In this document: positions 37,434-52,000 of the stretch, in pieces
How the letters are laid out: every line of letters starts with the position of its first letter
Position numbering within the stretch: position 1 is the first letter of the stretch
Origin: Lytechinus pictus
Lineage: Eukaryota
Length of the DNA stretch: 64,000 nucleotides
Reading direction: 5' to 3'
NCBI RefSeq assembly: GCF_037042905.1
Contig: NC_087252.1
Span: 14,510,001 to 14,574,000 of the forward strand
Notes under the pieces: generated by a model
Told to the model about the DNA's origin: nothing
What the model saw: the letters and a program-made list of their open reading frames with translations, nothing else
Databases searched by the model: none
Program-made: the position numbers and the translations under genes

Positions 37434-40161
37434 GCTTATCAGTATATTACATCATCTGATCAAGTTTTTATTCTCATCTCGATCGTTCTCTGCATGGGTA
37501 GTGCTTAATTTATTGTTCTAATTGTCATGTTAAAACTCTTCGATTAACTTTGGCAAATAATACGTAATTTTGTCTTTTGAATTTTGTCGAGTTAAACAAG
37601 CATTCTAAAATGTTTACAAAAGTGCAGTGGTCATCGGATTTTTTTTTCAGATGTCATGAATCAAGCACCATTTCTCGATGATGTTCTATTTTAGAAATAA
37701 CCTTTTGAGCACCAAACGAAGTATGTTGCAATGTTATTCAGACCTACATCTTGAAGTCTGTCCCGATAGATGGTTTCCAATACAAAATACACACATTTTG
37801 ATCGGTCGCCAAATCGCTGGAAAAAAAAGAATGTGTGAAAAGGGCTAAATTTTCCAATAAAACACATATGATTTCATACATATCACATCACAATCATTTT
37901 AGGGCCATGCTCATATAATCAATGAGATATCATCTCCTTGATTTTAATATAGTACTCAGGAATGGAATGGTGACATGAACTTTTCTGACCGCGTTTTACC
38001 AATATAATTATAAACTTAAAAGCTTTAAATCATCATCAAGAAGGAATATAAGCGGACACAATTCAGTTAAAAAAATAAGAACTAAATGGGAGGCTTACAA
38101 GTTGCATAAATTGTGTGTGATTTTTATTTCATCAAAAAGTATGTTTCTTGGTATTATTCATTGAATGTGTGACTTTCGTAACTTTCAGTATTTTCATTTG
38201 TCATAATCACCAAGGCTACCACTACCACATTCACCATCACCACCACCACCACCATCATCATCGTCAGTGTTGATTATCATCACTATCATCAGCAGCATCA
38301 TTATCGTCAACAGCAAATCATCTATGTCATTAGCATAGTTATTGAAATTAGGATCATTTTGGTAAGGAAATAATAAAAGGGAATGAAAGAAAGGTTGTAG
38401 CGGGAAGGGAAGGGGGGTTGAATTTGTTCTAAAGTAAAATCAATGTGAGTAGAATTAACTCTATGTTTTTATCTATATTGCAGTGATAGTAAAAATCATT
38501 ACAATACTAAGATGCCATGATGTTCAATAATTTAAACTTCAGATTTCAATACTTCACGGGTGAAGATATGGGGCCGTAAGCTTCAGGGTGATTATGTAGA
38601 ATGATATTAACATTAGATCATTACTCTAAAATAGATGAAAGATAATTATTATTTATCATCTATATCAGGTTGTACACAACTGGCCTACAGCAAAAGCAAA
38701 TAGGGCCATGATATAGTCTTCTCCAGCAAGAGAATTGAACATTATTGACCTTTCAGGATTACTTGGCATTGATACTCATCGAACTGTTCTTAGTCATTGC
38801 CAAGGCCTATGATCATGAAAAAGCAAGATCACTCACCCGTGTATATAGAGAATCATTGACAATGGCATGCTCAGCGGGTTCGCCACAGACAACAATGAAT
38901 AGGAGAGGCGCTCAGAGAATAGTTCCCCATATCCGCTGTCGTGATTATTGTCATAATTTCAATAGATGAACCTACTTCAAAAGACCGTTGGCCCGTCCGA
39001 TGGGGAATCTTTTGTACTATAGTGTATTAAAGTGCGTGTATACAGTAACCACCGTCCCGACTTTTTTCTTTCACCATCATCGAGTAGCGATTAGCATGTA
39101 AAATCGCATAAATTATCTCACAAAACGGATCTAATGTTCATGATTACCAGCATCACCATAATCATTACTATTATCTTTCATATATTCTTAATTATATAAA
39201 ATATAAAATTGATATTGGAGAACGATTGGAAATAGATAATGAATGAATGATGATGGTGATGATGATAACAGTGATGATGATAATGATAATTATTATGAAG
39301 TGATATTAACGGACATGATAATACGAATAATAATATCAGTGATAATGTTGATGATTAAATGATAACAAATGAAGATGATTGGTATATTTTGCGGCATTGA
39401 ACCATGTATAACATGAGACGCGTTTTTCCTTTATCATGTTTGTTATAAAAGGTTTTCATATCATGATCCTGAAATACATAGATCATATTTAAACCCGGTA
39501 TTTAAATTAAAAAGAGAGAGAATGGATGGCCTTCATCTAATTTTGGAAAAGATTTTGCGGGTTGTCAAGTCCGACGCAGTATCAAACATGATTGCATATC
39601 GAGGTCGATGCGATTTTTATATCGACATTATCCCCCAGAGTCTATCAAGTTATGAATTTGTGTGCATTTTCGCAAAATTGGCATTTGTAATACGAGATTA
39701 TTCTTAATGTTAGAGTACTGTAACATCCGAAATACATGCCATCCCGGCTATGTACGTTTTGAATACATCGGCTATTTCGATTTCTGGATGCATGATACCA
39801 TGCAGTTAAAGCGGTGTACGCCTGAATCATATTGATTGTATTAACTTTATTATAACGTCGACAAACAGAATTCATCAGATTCTTTATCATTACACCAATG
39901 ACATGAACTTATGCAGATATAGGCCTACGTCTTTTGCTTGATAGAACACTGACCCCCTCCCCTCCCCATTAGAGCGAGAACAATGAAATTGCGCTCTCTC
40001 ATTAATATTGATTTCGATACGGAGATCGGGAAACGCACGCCACTAATTTACATTATTTGTATACCACTTAGCACAAAACTTTTATCTAAACGCTAAGGAA
40101 AAAATATAGAGAGAGAGAAGGAATTTCACCAAAAAATAAAGTAGTTGTACAGTTCACAGTA
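37434..40161 (+). repeat. Duplicated block 2 (paralog at 61309-64000, running off the window)
   Basis: Colinear direct repeat from GCTTATCAGTATATTACATC to GTTCACAGTA with scattered substitutions and indels. Confidence 0.9.
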
Positions 40162-41302
40162 GGCTGTAAACAATTGAGGGGCGTCACATGCGGAGGGAAA
40201 GCTATATATTTAACAAAAAAGGTTTTAACACGGATTTGAATTTCTCTCTTGAATCTGCTTGTTTAATACTTTTTGGTAGATTGTTCCAGAGTTGGATCCA
40301 GGGGATCCAGGGGTGGGGCAAGGGGTCCGCCCTCCCTCCTCCCCTATTGGGAGGAGGAAAACGAGTGAATAAATAAGATGAGGGGAAGACTTCGAAAACA
40401 AAAACAAAAAAATATTTCATGTCATTGTACAAAATATTCGCTCGTGCTTCGCGCTCGCATTACCTTTTAGGTGATTTACATATATGGAACTTTAAATATC
40501 AAATTTTGAAGTCAATATACATAACATATTTCAGCTCGGAAATCGAACTTTCATTTTAAAAAAGTGTTCTGTAATTTTTTTTTTAATTGTCTGAATATTA
40601 ACATTTTCTGCTTGCGCTGCGCGCTCACAAAATTTGATTTTCAGGTACCTATTATTTTCCTGTATTCCATATAGTTATCAAAATATCCCTATTCATGTCA
40701 GATTGTAAAAACATATCAGCTAGCGCTGCATGCTCGCATTTTGATTGGTGAGTTATTTGACTGTTGAAATATGTAATTTCTTTATGGCTAACTGCAATCA
40801 GCCGTTAACAGATCTTTTTTTATCCGAATGATCAAAGCGTATATTAAATTTACTCATCTCGTTTAGGATCACAAGCATTGCCAGAATGCAATTTTAGGAC
40901 AAAATACATGGAATAATAATTTAAAAAATAGCTCGTGCTTCGCGCTCGTACTATTTAAATAAGGCTTATGAGATTATTTTACATATATTTAAACAAACAA
41001 AAATCAGATTTGAGCAGTTGATCGGGGGTAATGTGGTTAAAAAGACCCCCCCCCCCCCTTTGGCGAAGGCTGGATCCGCCCCTGCAAGTGTACTCACTTT
41101 TTGAGAGTCACAGCAAATATCTGTAATATGAATATGTCGTTCAAACACAAGTAAAGACCATAATTTTTTAACGTCACGTTTTAAACGGGTCAAAATGCCC
41201 TATTTTAGTGACAACTTTTTTGTCTAAAAAGTTTTCAAGGGAAAATGTGCCCCCACCTGAAAATCTGCCACTGACTGAATACATATAAATCATTCAATTA
41301 TA

Positions 41303-42289
41303 CAGTGCGTATCAAAAAAAAGTTTACACTTTGAAAAAGCCCTGGGAATTAAAAAATATACAACATGTGGGTAATATTTTCACATATAATCTTAGGTTTG
41401 GGTCTCATCTATCCAATGAAAGTAAAAGTTTTGACAGAATGTTACACTTGAGTGAGCACTGCCCATTTTTGTAGAAGCTCGCAGAAATCTGTTTGCGCAG
41501 AAATGCTCGTTTTCACGCTGTATCAAGGTGAAAGGGCGAAATCAAATCTACCCTGCGAAACATTTCTCATACATTTCCCTTGCGCTTTTAGTCAATTGAT
41601 ATAGAACAGATATATTCATGCATTTTGTAACAATTTTGCCACCCAAATTGAAATTTCAACACTTAGTAAGCACAACCTTTACCCCTTTTTATGCCAGCTG
41701 GATCTGAGGACATAACTAAATCTGAACAAAAGTTTATATCAGACATCTCCAGCATTTTTTCACTAAGTTTTTATCATTTAAAGTGGGTTTACATTTCATT
41801 TTTTATTTAATTCTTCTTTCTCCACACCTTTTCCAAGCTTGACAATGATTAACAAAATGAAAATCAAGCCTAAGCCATTTCATGTAAATCACAGCTCGGT
41901 GTAAAGCAAATATCGTCACGATGGCCTCGGTGTGTGGGGGAGTGGGGTGGGGCGCAGTGCACTCTTCGAAGTGCTTTGGGCAAGGAAACAAGTTAAAAAG
42001 GTAAAACGATATCTTTAAATCAATTTTACTAGCTAAATTCAACGTGTTCTTCATGATTAAGGTCTACTTTTATTCGCATAACTATTTCAAAGTTCTGCGC
42101 AAATCATGTTTCACTAACTTTTCAAAAGTAAGTGGTGCTCACTCAAGCGGAAATATTTTTCGACAGTTATATCGCATTTGCTTAAATGGATCTGTACCAA
42201 TGTTAAAATGTGGAAAAATCTTCAGGATATTACAAATGTATAATTTTACAGGATTTTTTCTAAGTGTTAACTTTTTTTTATACGCACTG
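41303..42289. mobile_element. Tc1/mariner-type non-autonomous element
   Basis: TA|CAGTGCGTATCAAAAAAAAGTT ... AACTTTTTTTTATACGCACTG|TA. A related left end occurs at ~2526. Confidence 0.85.
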
Positions 42290-43131
42290 TAGACACGTGT
42301 AGTCCAGAATAATGCATAGATCAGAATGATTAATATATATATATAATAAGCTTAACGTTTTTACTTCTACTATTTTGATCCTGTTCAAAAACACAATCCG
42401 AATTAACTTTATCGTATTGGTGCCAACCGGTGCCAACACTGAACAGTTCAATGTTCTTGCTCGTGAATAAATACTATTTTCCCGAAAGCACGAATCCAAT
42501 TAATGCTTATTTAACCACATGTCTATCCCGGCTTTTGTATGAAAAAAAAAGAGATCAGGCTCAGTGGGATTGAAAAAAAAAATCTTACCCGCGCCTGAAC
42601 AAATCACGCTTTCATCATACCAGGCTGAAGCCAGCGCACAAACCCAGCGCACAGAGCTATCGCGATACAAACCGCCCTACACCATGTGCGTAGTCTAATA
42701 GTCGCAGACCCTAAATACAGCTTAAATTCTCAAACGTCTCGAATATTGTCTTAATGCACACGGAAATGGTATAGTAAAACGGCATGGTTACCCGAACTTA
42801 CAGATGATTGAAAATATGGAACTTCCATAATGCACTATACCACATTATGGTTGCTTCAAATATTAGTATATGACTGATTTGTATAACATTTGAATATAAT
42901 CATAAAGAATTGAATGGAGTATGTTTCTATATGGCATGAGTGCAGCTGAAAATAATACAGATCAAGAAGAATCAAACAAAGTTGGTAAAATGTAGGAGGA
43001 ACCACGTGACTTCGTCCAAGCATGTAGCTAACATTTTTCGCTCTGATCAAAACCCAACAAAGTGTTTTAATTTGAAGCCTTTTCTTCGTATTTCGTGAAA
43101 ATTCTTACAGTGTGATAGTTACAGGATAAAG

Positions 43132-45938
43132 ATGGATAGGAAGAAAAACCAATTATCACCTGGAAAGGACAAAAACCCGAGTTCAAAGAAACCCAAGATA
43201 GACGAGAACACATGTGACGAGGCAGGCACGAGTGCAGCGGCCTCCAAGGGTTCGCGATCGTCTGCCCCGACCCTGGCCCCGGCGCACAGTGGGCCAGAAT
43301 GAACCCAAAGTGCGCCAAAACCTATTATTCACACATTTGTACGATTAAATTTGGTAGATAGGGGTAATTTCATCCGTAGAATTCAATAAAAGTATTTTCA
43401 AATATTGATGATGTCGTTAAAATACTGTTTTCTGATTGGCTGTTAACATTTGAGAAGAAATTACATGTTTCTAATTCTACAATCAGTTTCAAATTTTCAG
43501 AAACTAGTTTTAGAGAAATTTCAGCATTAATTAAGCATATTATCAAACAACAAACACACAAACAGGCAAACAAACAAGAAAAGTCTGTGCTCGGTGTATA
43601 CAAACAATTCAATTGGTGACTTGAGTATCGCTTAAAGAGGGCGCCCTACCATGAATCCGGAATTGTAAAATTCAAAGTGAAATTGTAAAAAAAATGCAAA
43701 GGAGTATTTTCATTCCCTGGATACAATGATTAACCACACCTACATGAATCAAAATGGATTGATACCAGAAGTGGACAGTAAAATCTTTAAAATAATTATT
43801 CCAATGATAAATAATAGAGGCCGGGTCCTCTGCAGGTTAATCAGTACAAGGCCCTACAAGGCATACCTATTTCACCAAGAACGGCGTATACAAAGTTATT
43901 CCGAATCAGAGTCTCTCTCTGCCATCTCACCAACTATTATGTCTTTGGTTAGAGGATCTTTTAGCATACTTTGAACATCAGGGGGAAGAGGCTGTGATTG
44001 TTGTACTCTTAAAAACTTGCTACTAATCACAATGTCACCTGTTACTATTAGTCTGTGGAATACATGTATATAAAGTCAATGAGAGTCACAAACCAAACAA
44101 TCCTTGAAATGATAATATACACTTCCTTCTTGATCGATACTAACAATAACTTATACCAAATTTAGAATGAGCCAAGAGATATACGAATTCATACGTGTAT
44201 GTGAAGTTACAAACCCTTTTGGGGGATAGATACTAATAATGATAATGCAACTTATACATAATAGAGCCCACATATATCCCATCTCTTTCCTAAACACATT
44301 TTCACATTTTGGAAGAAAACTGCGCGAGACCTATCACATCCCTAGTCATGTGTGTTATAGCGATATACAGTAGCCCCTACTTGGTTTATTAACAAAAAAA
44401 CAAATTAATAATCTTATCCGGGAATCTTACCTTAAGAATTAATCTTCTCAGGATGATAGCATATCAGATATGGAACACGGGATGGAACAGTTTGACATCA
44501 AAATGAAGTTGTGTTACATGTATTATTATATAGTTAGTGGAAGTGGAAATGAAAGCTTGTCTTTACGTAGGCTTAACGAAAATATTTTAGGCAGATACCA
44601 GTCACAAGAGCCTTACACTTGAGCCAGACATTCCCCCCCCCCCCTCTCTCTCTCTCTATCTCCCAGCACGCGACGGGGAGTTTGTTTAATGTCACCCGCA
44701 ACGTTCGGCACGCGCATAATGGGACACTAACTTGAAACAATTTTTGTGATAAATACGACGAACATGTGGTTGGAAATTGTTTTCATCTCCAGAAAATGCA
44801 CGTATATGCAGCTAAATTTGGTATCAGTGTAAAGCATGAACTATAACAAAGACCGTCATGGTATTTACAGCGCAGCAATGGGCAGCAATTTGTAAAAGAA
44901 ATGCTCATGAAAAAAAAATTGCTAAAACCCCCCCATCGTCAAATGGTTTCGTCCAAAATTACCTCTGAAGGGGTTATCATTTTATTTTGAAAATTTCCGA
45001 TCACCTAAAAAAATCATTCATCAGAAAGTACCGTGAATTATGAATAAATTAAGCAATCCGTTTTGTTAAAACAGTGAAAGTTCTAAAAACGTGTCAATTA
45101 CACATGCGGTAGCCGTAAAGGGTCATTTTCCGGTAATATTAAATAAAATGGGCAACTAATAATCAATTTCATTGAGAAATATTGTACGGAGACATTCTAC
45201 AGGTTCTTATCTTTGCTTAGAACATGAAAAAAACAAAATTTGTTTCATGACCCAAAACAAGTTTTGGCGCACTTTTGCTCTCTCCTGGCCCACTGTGCGG
45301 CGTGGTTCACAGAATACATGGTTAGCTTTGAATCTCGAATGGAAAACGTCATCGCCAATCAGGTATCCGAACTAACTGCTAAGGTGAGTGAACATGAAGA
45401 AAAGTTGACCTCCTCTCAGATCTTAAAAAAGCAAGTAGACAAGCTGAAATCTGTCAATGTCGATTTGGCGCAAAAAATGGATGATTTGGAGAACAGAGCC
45501 CGCAGGAACAATTTGGTATTCTATGGCGTACCTGAGGTATTTGATTCCCCAACCCTTTCTGTAGTGAATGAGGTGTTTTCCTTCGCTGGACTAGAACCTA
45601 AGGATCTCGGAATAGAGCGGTGTCATCGTACCCCAACCAGCACCACGTCTAGCAGGCAGGCTTTGGATGAGAAACCAAGGATGATTCACATCTGCTTTTC
45701 TTCGTTCCAAACAAAGGAGATGGTTCGTCAGAAGTGCGTCAAAGTGTTCAAGTCTACAAAATTCAAGGGAAGGAAGTTGTTTGTCTCTGACGACTACTCC
45801 AAGAAAGTCATTCAGCAACGAAAAAACAAGAGAGATGAGTTTCAGAGTCTCAAAGATCAGGGTAAGAGACCCTTCTTTCTCTTTCCTGCCAGACTGGCTT
45901 ACAAGGATGGTACAGGAAAACTCCACATCGTCTCTTAA
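43132..45938 (+). pseudogene. L1 ORF1 (coiled coil + RRM + CTD), split by a Transib-type insertion: 43132-43284 joined to 45303-45938, 262 aa
   Basis: MDRKKNQLSPGK...PTLAPA|WFTEYMVSFE is in frame after removing the insert and one TSD. Motifs DDLENRARRNNLVFYGVPE, IERCHR, KPRMI, LFVSDDYS, FPARL. Confidence 0.9.
43285..45297. mobile_element. Transib-type non-autonomous element
   Basis: CGGCG|CACAGTGGGCCAG ... CTGGCCCACTGTG|CGGCG: CACAGTG termini, 5-bp TSD, ~37-bp imperfect TIR. Confidence 0.9.
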
Positions 45939-46451
45939 ACAATAACACTCAAACTTTATGAAAACTGGTTTCAAGTTTTCCATGTTATATATTGTCTCTG
46001 TATGCTTTTGCTTTTTGTAATTTGTTGAAAGTGTTGTGTCTTTTTACAACTTACATATACTGAAGTGCCTTTAATTTGTTGGCTGTTGATCAGGTATTTG
46101 AAATACACACTTTGTTGGGTTTGGATCCAAATTCTATTGATTATATGTTCATGTATATGTCGAGGTCTGCAATTCTGAGTAGAGCTGGGGATGATTTGAA
46201 GCTCTACTCTCCAACTTTTGCTTTTGTGATCCAACTTTTACTTTTAGCAACAATCATTTTGATTTTTTGGGGCTTTTTTTGCTTATTTTTATTTTTTAAT
46301 GCTTTTTTATGCATTGTAGATTGCTTGTACATGTATATTCATATCAGTATCTTGAAAGACTATTTTTTCTTTGTGTAAATGTATGTATTGTATGGTGGCG
46401 GTTTTCCTTGTTAATTCTGGTTTTGGGGTGCAGATGTATTTTAGAAGTTCC

Positions 46452-49010
46452 ATGCACATAAAGCTTCATTCATTTAATTGCAGAGGGTTGCAAGATTATT
46501 TCAAGAGGAAAAAAATATTTCACTATATGCGATCCCTTAAAACAGATATTTTATTTTTACAAGAAACCCACTCGGAATCAAATGATGAAAAAGTATGGAA
46601 AACCCAATGGGGTGAATTTGCCTTTTTCGCCAGTTTTACGTCGAACAGTAGGGGTGTTGCAATTCTTTTTAGAAAGTCCTTGAACATCAAAGTAAAATCC
46701 ATTACTAAAGATCCAGGGGGAAGATTTTTGATAGTAAGTGCAACATTAAATGATCTCCCGGTTACTCTTGCAAATATTTATGGTCCCAACAACGACGACC
46801 CTGATTTTTTACTTAAAGTTTTCGCAGAAATTGACAAGTTTGACAATGAATTTACTATAGTTGGAGGAGATTTCAATGCAGTAATCAGTGATCTTGATTG
46901 TCAGGGTTCTAGAGAACACCACTCCAATATTAAAACCAGTGAGATTTTGAAAACTCTGTGATGTGTGGAGATCCTTCCATCCTGAATTGAAAAAGTATAC
47001 CAGACATCAGAAATTTCCTCGGTTGCTATCTAGGTTAGATTTTATTTTGGTTTCAAATAACTTTTTGGAAAATTGTAAAAAATCAAAAATTTTGCCTGGA
47101 ATCCAATCAGACCATTCTGTCGTTTTAGTTGAATTTATTGATAACCAACCACTAAAAGGTAAGGGTTATTGGAAACTTAATACTCATTATTTATATCATG
47201 ATAATGATTTTATTGATCTCATAAAAGACAAAATCAAGGAATTTAAAATCATCCATCTGAATTCTCAGTGCAATGACAATATACTTTGGGACTCCTTTAA
47301 ATGCTTCATTACAGGTATTTGTATTGAGTATTCAGCCCGGAAGAAAAAACAAAGAAATCTAGAGAAAAGTCAGTTATTAACAGAAATCAATAGAATAAAA
47401 ATGTTGTTACCTTCGAGCAACACCCCTACACCTGATGACCCCCTATTTTTACAGTTAGAGGAACTTGAAGCAAAACTAGACAAAATTTATGAATTTGAAA
47501 CTAAAGGTTTGATAACTAGGTCTAGAATCAGGTGGTTAGAGGAAGGTGAGAGGAGCAGTAAATATTTTTGTAATTTGGAAAATAGAGCTTGGCAGAGGAA
47601 GAATATTACTAAACTTAAAGATAACCAAGGCACTTTGATAACAAATTCCAATATCATCTTGAAAAATATCCATGATTTTTATGCCCATTTATATTCAACA
47701 CCAGATGTTAATTAAATTCCTGTTGATGATAGTGGTCGTAATAATGCAGTTTTTGACAACATCACTATTCCGCAATTATCTGAAGATGATAAACAATTTT
47801 TGAGACTCCTTTCTCCAGGAATGAAATATATGAAGCTGTCAAATCAATGAAAATAGATAAAGCCCCAGGTTTAGATGGGCTCCCTGCTGAGTTTTACTTA
47901 GTTTTTTGAAATGATATTTGTGATATGTTAATAAAATCTTTTAATTATTCCTTGCAAAACGGTTTTATGTCCTTATCTCAGAGAAATGGTATTATTACTC
48001 TTCTTCCTAAAAAAGATAGAGATCCTTTGTTAATAAAAAAATATCGACCTATTACTCTTCTGACCACAGATTACAAAATATTTGCCAAGTGTCTAGCTAC
48101 CCAAGTAAAGCGTTGTTTGCATACCCTTATTCATCCTGACCAGTCTGGTTTTATGAAAGGTCGAAATATCGGCCATAATATTCGTTTAATTTTAGATATT
48201 ATTGAATATACTGACTTTAAAAATATTCCAGGTGCAATTTTGATACTCGATATTGAGAAGGCCTTTGACAGCGTTTCTCATAGCTTTCTATTTCAAACTT
48301 TGAAAATTTTTAATTTCGGTGAAAATTTTATTAACATTGTTAAGACCTTGTACTCCTCCCGTTTAAGTTATGTCTTGAATAATGGATATTTAACGGAACG
48401 TATATCTATGAAGAGAGGTATTTTTCAAGGTTGCCCGATTTATCCATACCTGTTCTTATTAGTTATTGAAATAATGGCCATTTCCATACGTCAAAATGAA
48501 CAAATCAAAGGGATTCCATTAGACAATAACATTGAAGCTAAGATTTCTATGTTTGCAGATGATTCAGTTTGCTTTTTAAATGGATCTAGTAACTCGTTTT
48601 CTCAACTTTTTATGTTGTTACACAATTTTGGGAAGCATTCTGGATGTAAAATAAATTTTAGCAAAACTGAAGCAATTTGGATTGGTTCAAAAAAAGGAAG
48701 CCAAGTTTTCCCTTACACCAACCAGGGCATATCTTGGAAAACATCTCAATTTAAATGTCTTGGAGTAAATTTTTCTTTGAATTTGAGTGTACTTTATTGT
48801 TTAAATTACAAAGAAAGGTTGAAAAAAATGGAACTTACAATATCATGCTGGAAAATGAGAAATCTTTCTTTAATAGGAAGGATTTGTGTAATTAAAGCTC
48901 TTGTGCTTCCACAGTTGATCTATTAATTTTCAGTCCTTTGTATTAAAATACCTCGCTCCTTTTTTAACCAGTTGAATAGCACGTTTTACAAGTTTATCTG
49001 GAGTGGGGGT
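46452..49010 (+). pseudogene. L1 ORF2 (APE endonuclease + reverse transcriptase) with frameshifts and stops
   Basis: SFNCRGL, FLQETH, NIYGPN, GGDFN, SRLDFIL, SDH (EN); YRPITLL, DQSGF, LDIEKAFD, GIFQGCP, FADD (RT). Broken near 46960, 47715, 47800-47910 and 48926. Confidence 0.95.
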
Positions 49011-52000
49011 TGTTGCACCCACAAATGTAATAACGCCCACAAATGTAATAACACTTTACCCACAAATGTAATAACGCCCACAAATGTAATAACACTTTAC
49101 CCACAAATGTAATAATTTCACCCACAAATGTAATAATGCACTTTACCCACAAATGTAATAATTTTTAATCGCCCACAAATGTAATAATGACTTTACCCAC
49201 AAATGTAATAGATTTGAAGGGATTTTTGGCGAATCCGTTCTAAACTAAAATCCTGTAGTAATGCGTTCATATAGCGATGGACCTATTGTAATAGGTCCAA
49301 AATAGCACAAAAGTGCAAAGTCTTTTTTCCAGACCCAGTTAATTAAAAAATTATAATGTAAGTCCAAAGTCTCTTTTTCCAGACCTGGTTATTTCAAAAA
49401 TTATAATATAAGTCCAAAGTCTTTTTTCCAGACCCGGTTGTTTCAAAAATTATAATATAAGTCCAAAGTCTTTTTTTCCAGACCCGGTTGTTTCCAAAAT
49501 TATGATATAATTCCAAAGTCTTTTTTCCAGACCCGGTTATTTCAAAAATTATAATATAAGTCCAAAGTCTTTTTTCCAGACCCGGTTTTCTTTCAAAAAT
49601 TATGATAAAAGTCCAAAGTCTTTTTTCCAGACCCCGTTGTTCAAAAAATTATAATATAACTTGTGGAATAAATGTCTTGTTGTGGTTTTAACTTATACGG
49701 CGCATATCGTGAATATATGCGCAAAGAGTAAATTGAGTATCAAGTGTAGTCTTTTCTCCAGACCCAGTTACTTAAAATTAAAAACTAAAACCCTATAGTA
49801 ATGCGTTCATATAGCACAAAAGTGTAAAGTCTTTTTTCCAGACCCGGTTGATTCAAAAATTATACTATAAGTCCAAAGTCTTTTTTCCAGACCCGGTTGT
49901 TTAAAAAATTATAATATAAGTCCAAAGTCTTTTTTCCAGACCCGGTTGTTGAAAAAATTATAATATAAGTCCAAAGTCTTTTTTCCAGACCCGGTTATTT
50001 CAAAAATTATAATATAAGTCCAAAGTCTTTTTTCCAGACCCGGTTGTTTAAAAAATTATAATATAAGTCCAAAGTCTTTTTTCCAGACCCGGTTATTTCA
50101 AAAATCATAATATAAGTCCAAACTAAGATACCATAATGATATTCCAGTGGAATAAAAAGGAAAATTGAGCTTAGTCTTTTCTCTAAGCCCTGTTATTCTA
50201 AAATTATAAATAACAATTCAACAACAAAAACAGTATAAAGACTCCATAATCTTGTTAATGATGGATAACATGGACATATAGAAAAGTCTTTCAGCCAGAC
50301 CCAGTTATTTTTTTTCAAAATATCGCAAATAGTAATAATAGATAACTGCAAATCTAAGACCAAGCAATACTTCAACCTAAGAACCTGTTTTAAAAAGAGG
50401 TTAAGAACGTTGTCTTTATTCCAGACCTAATCATTGAAAATATTACCCAAAAAAATCTTCTAACGTAAGACCCTATCATATTCTTATTCTTGTGGAATAA
50501 GACGAGATTCAAAACGTACTCTTTCCTCCAGACCCAGTTATTTAAAAAATGAAGTTTAAAAATACTTCAAATCTAAGACCAATTTTCAAAAATTACACCC
50601 AGAAAAAAATGTATTTACCCCACACCCATTTAAAAAAAAAAAATACTAAGACCCCTACAAAACATTGTAATAATGCATGGGTAAAGCAATCATCTTTTCT
50701 CAAGACTTGGTTATTATTTGAAAAAATAAATTAGTTTTTACAAATATTCTAAAACGAATACCCAATAATCTCATTACTGTGGAATAACATGAAGATCGAT
50801 TGTAGAATTTCCTCCAGACACAGTCAGGGACCTGGGAACGATTTTTTCAGTGGGGGTGCTAAAATCTCTCCTCAAAGGTGAGGGGGGGACAGACACAATT
50901 GAGTTTTCAATATTAAATTACACACACACACACACCCTCACACACACACACACACATATATATGACAGTCACTTCTTAGCTTTCTTCTTATAAAAGAACA
51001 TAAATATATAATTAGATAATTTGAGCGCGAAGCGCGAGCTATTTTTTTGTGGAAATTTCATGTATTTTGTCCTGAAAATTGAACATTTTGAGCAATGTTT
51101 GTGGTCCAATTAAGATACGTATGTAACAAATAATAATTGTGAGCACGATCAGCGTGAGCAGATATTTTTTTTTATACGCTCTGGCCTGATCGAAAGGGAC
51201 GTGTATATAAGGACTGTTCTGCAGTTACCCATGAAGACGATACATACATCAACAATCAAATAATGCGAGCGCGAGCTTAAAAAATTGACATTCCGACCTA
51301 AATACTGGACATTCTAAGCACGTTTTGTAAATATGAACAGGATAGGTATATAACTATACAATTGATGCGAGCGCGAAGCGCGAGCGGAAACAAAATTGAG
51401 ATTTCATGCAGACCAAAAAACGAGAGATTCTAAGCACTTTTCTAATCATAATAAAGATAGGTATAAAACTATACAATTGATGCGAGCGGAAATAAAAATG
51501 AGATTTCAAACCTTAAAACGAGACATCTAATGCACTTTTCTAATCATGAACAGGATAGGTATATAACTATACAATTGATGCGAGCGCAAAGCGCGAGCGG
51601 AAACAAAATTGAGATTTCAGACCTGAAAACGGGACATTCTATTCATGTTTTGTAAATCAAGAAAATGATGGGTAATTGGATATATTCTTAAATTAATGTG
51701 AGCGCGAAGCGCGAGCAGAAAATTTTTGATATTCTGATCTGAAACTCCACACTGAATGTAAAATGGTTTGAACAGATAAAGAAAACTCAGACGAACATAA
51801 GAATAAAGATTTGATCAAAATCAGACAAGGAATATTACAGTTATTGCATTTTAAAGATTAGCATTATTCCAGTGAAACAGTTTTAGGCATGTCTTCATTG
51901 AAATTCACTGAGCAAACTGGTGATGTCATATCCCCACTTGTTCTTTTGTATTTTATTATATAAATTGAGGTTTATTCAATATTTTCCAAGAACCAAAACA

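Larger units (their letters stand above)
43000..49010 (+). mobile_element. L1/Tx1-clade LINE, interrupted and 3'-truncated
   Basis: ORF1, an inter-ORF spacer and EN-RT ORF2. The 5' boundary is approximate; the element ends at the start of foldback copy 2. Confidence 0.9.

Noticed and set aside
45240..45302. Predicted N-terminus of the 232-aa ORF (MFHDPKQ...)
   Set aside because: Read-through from the Transib TIR; the real ORF1 start is 43132.
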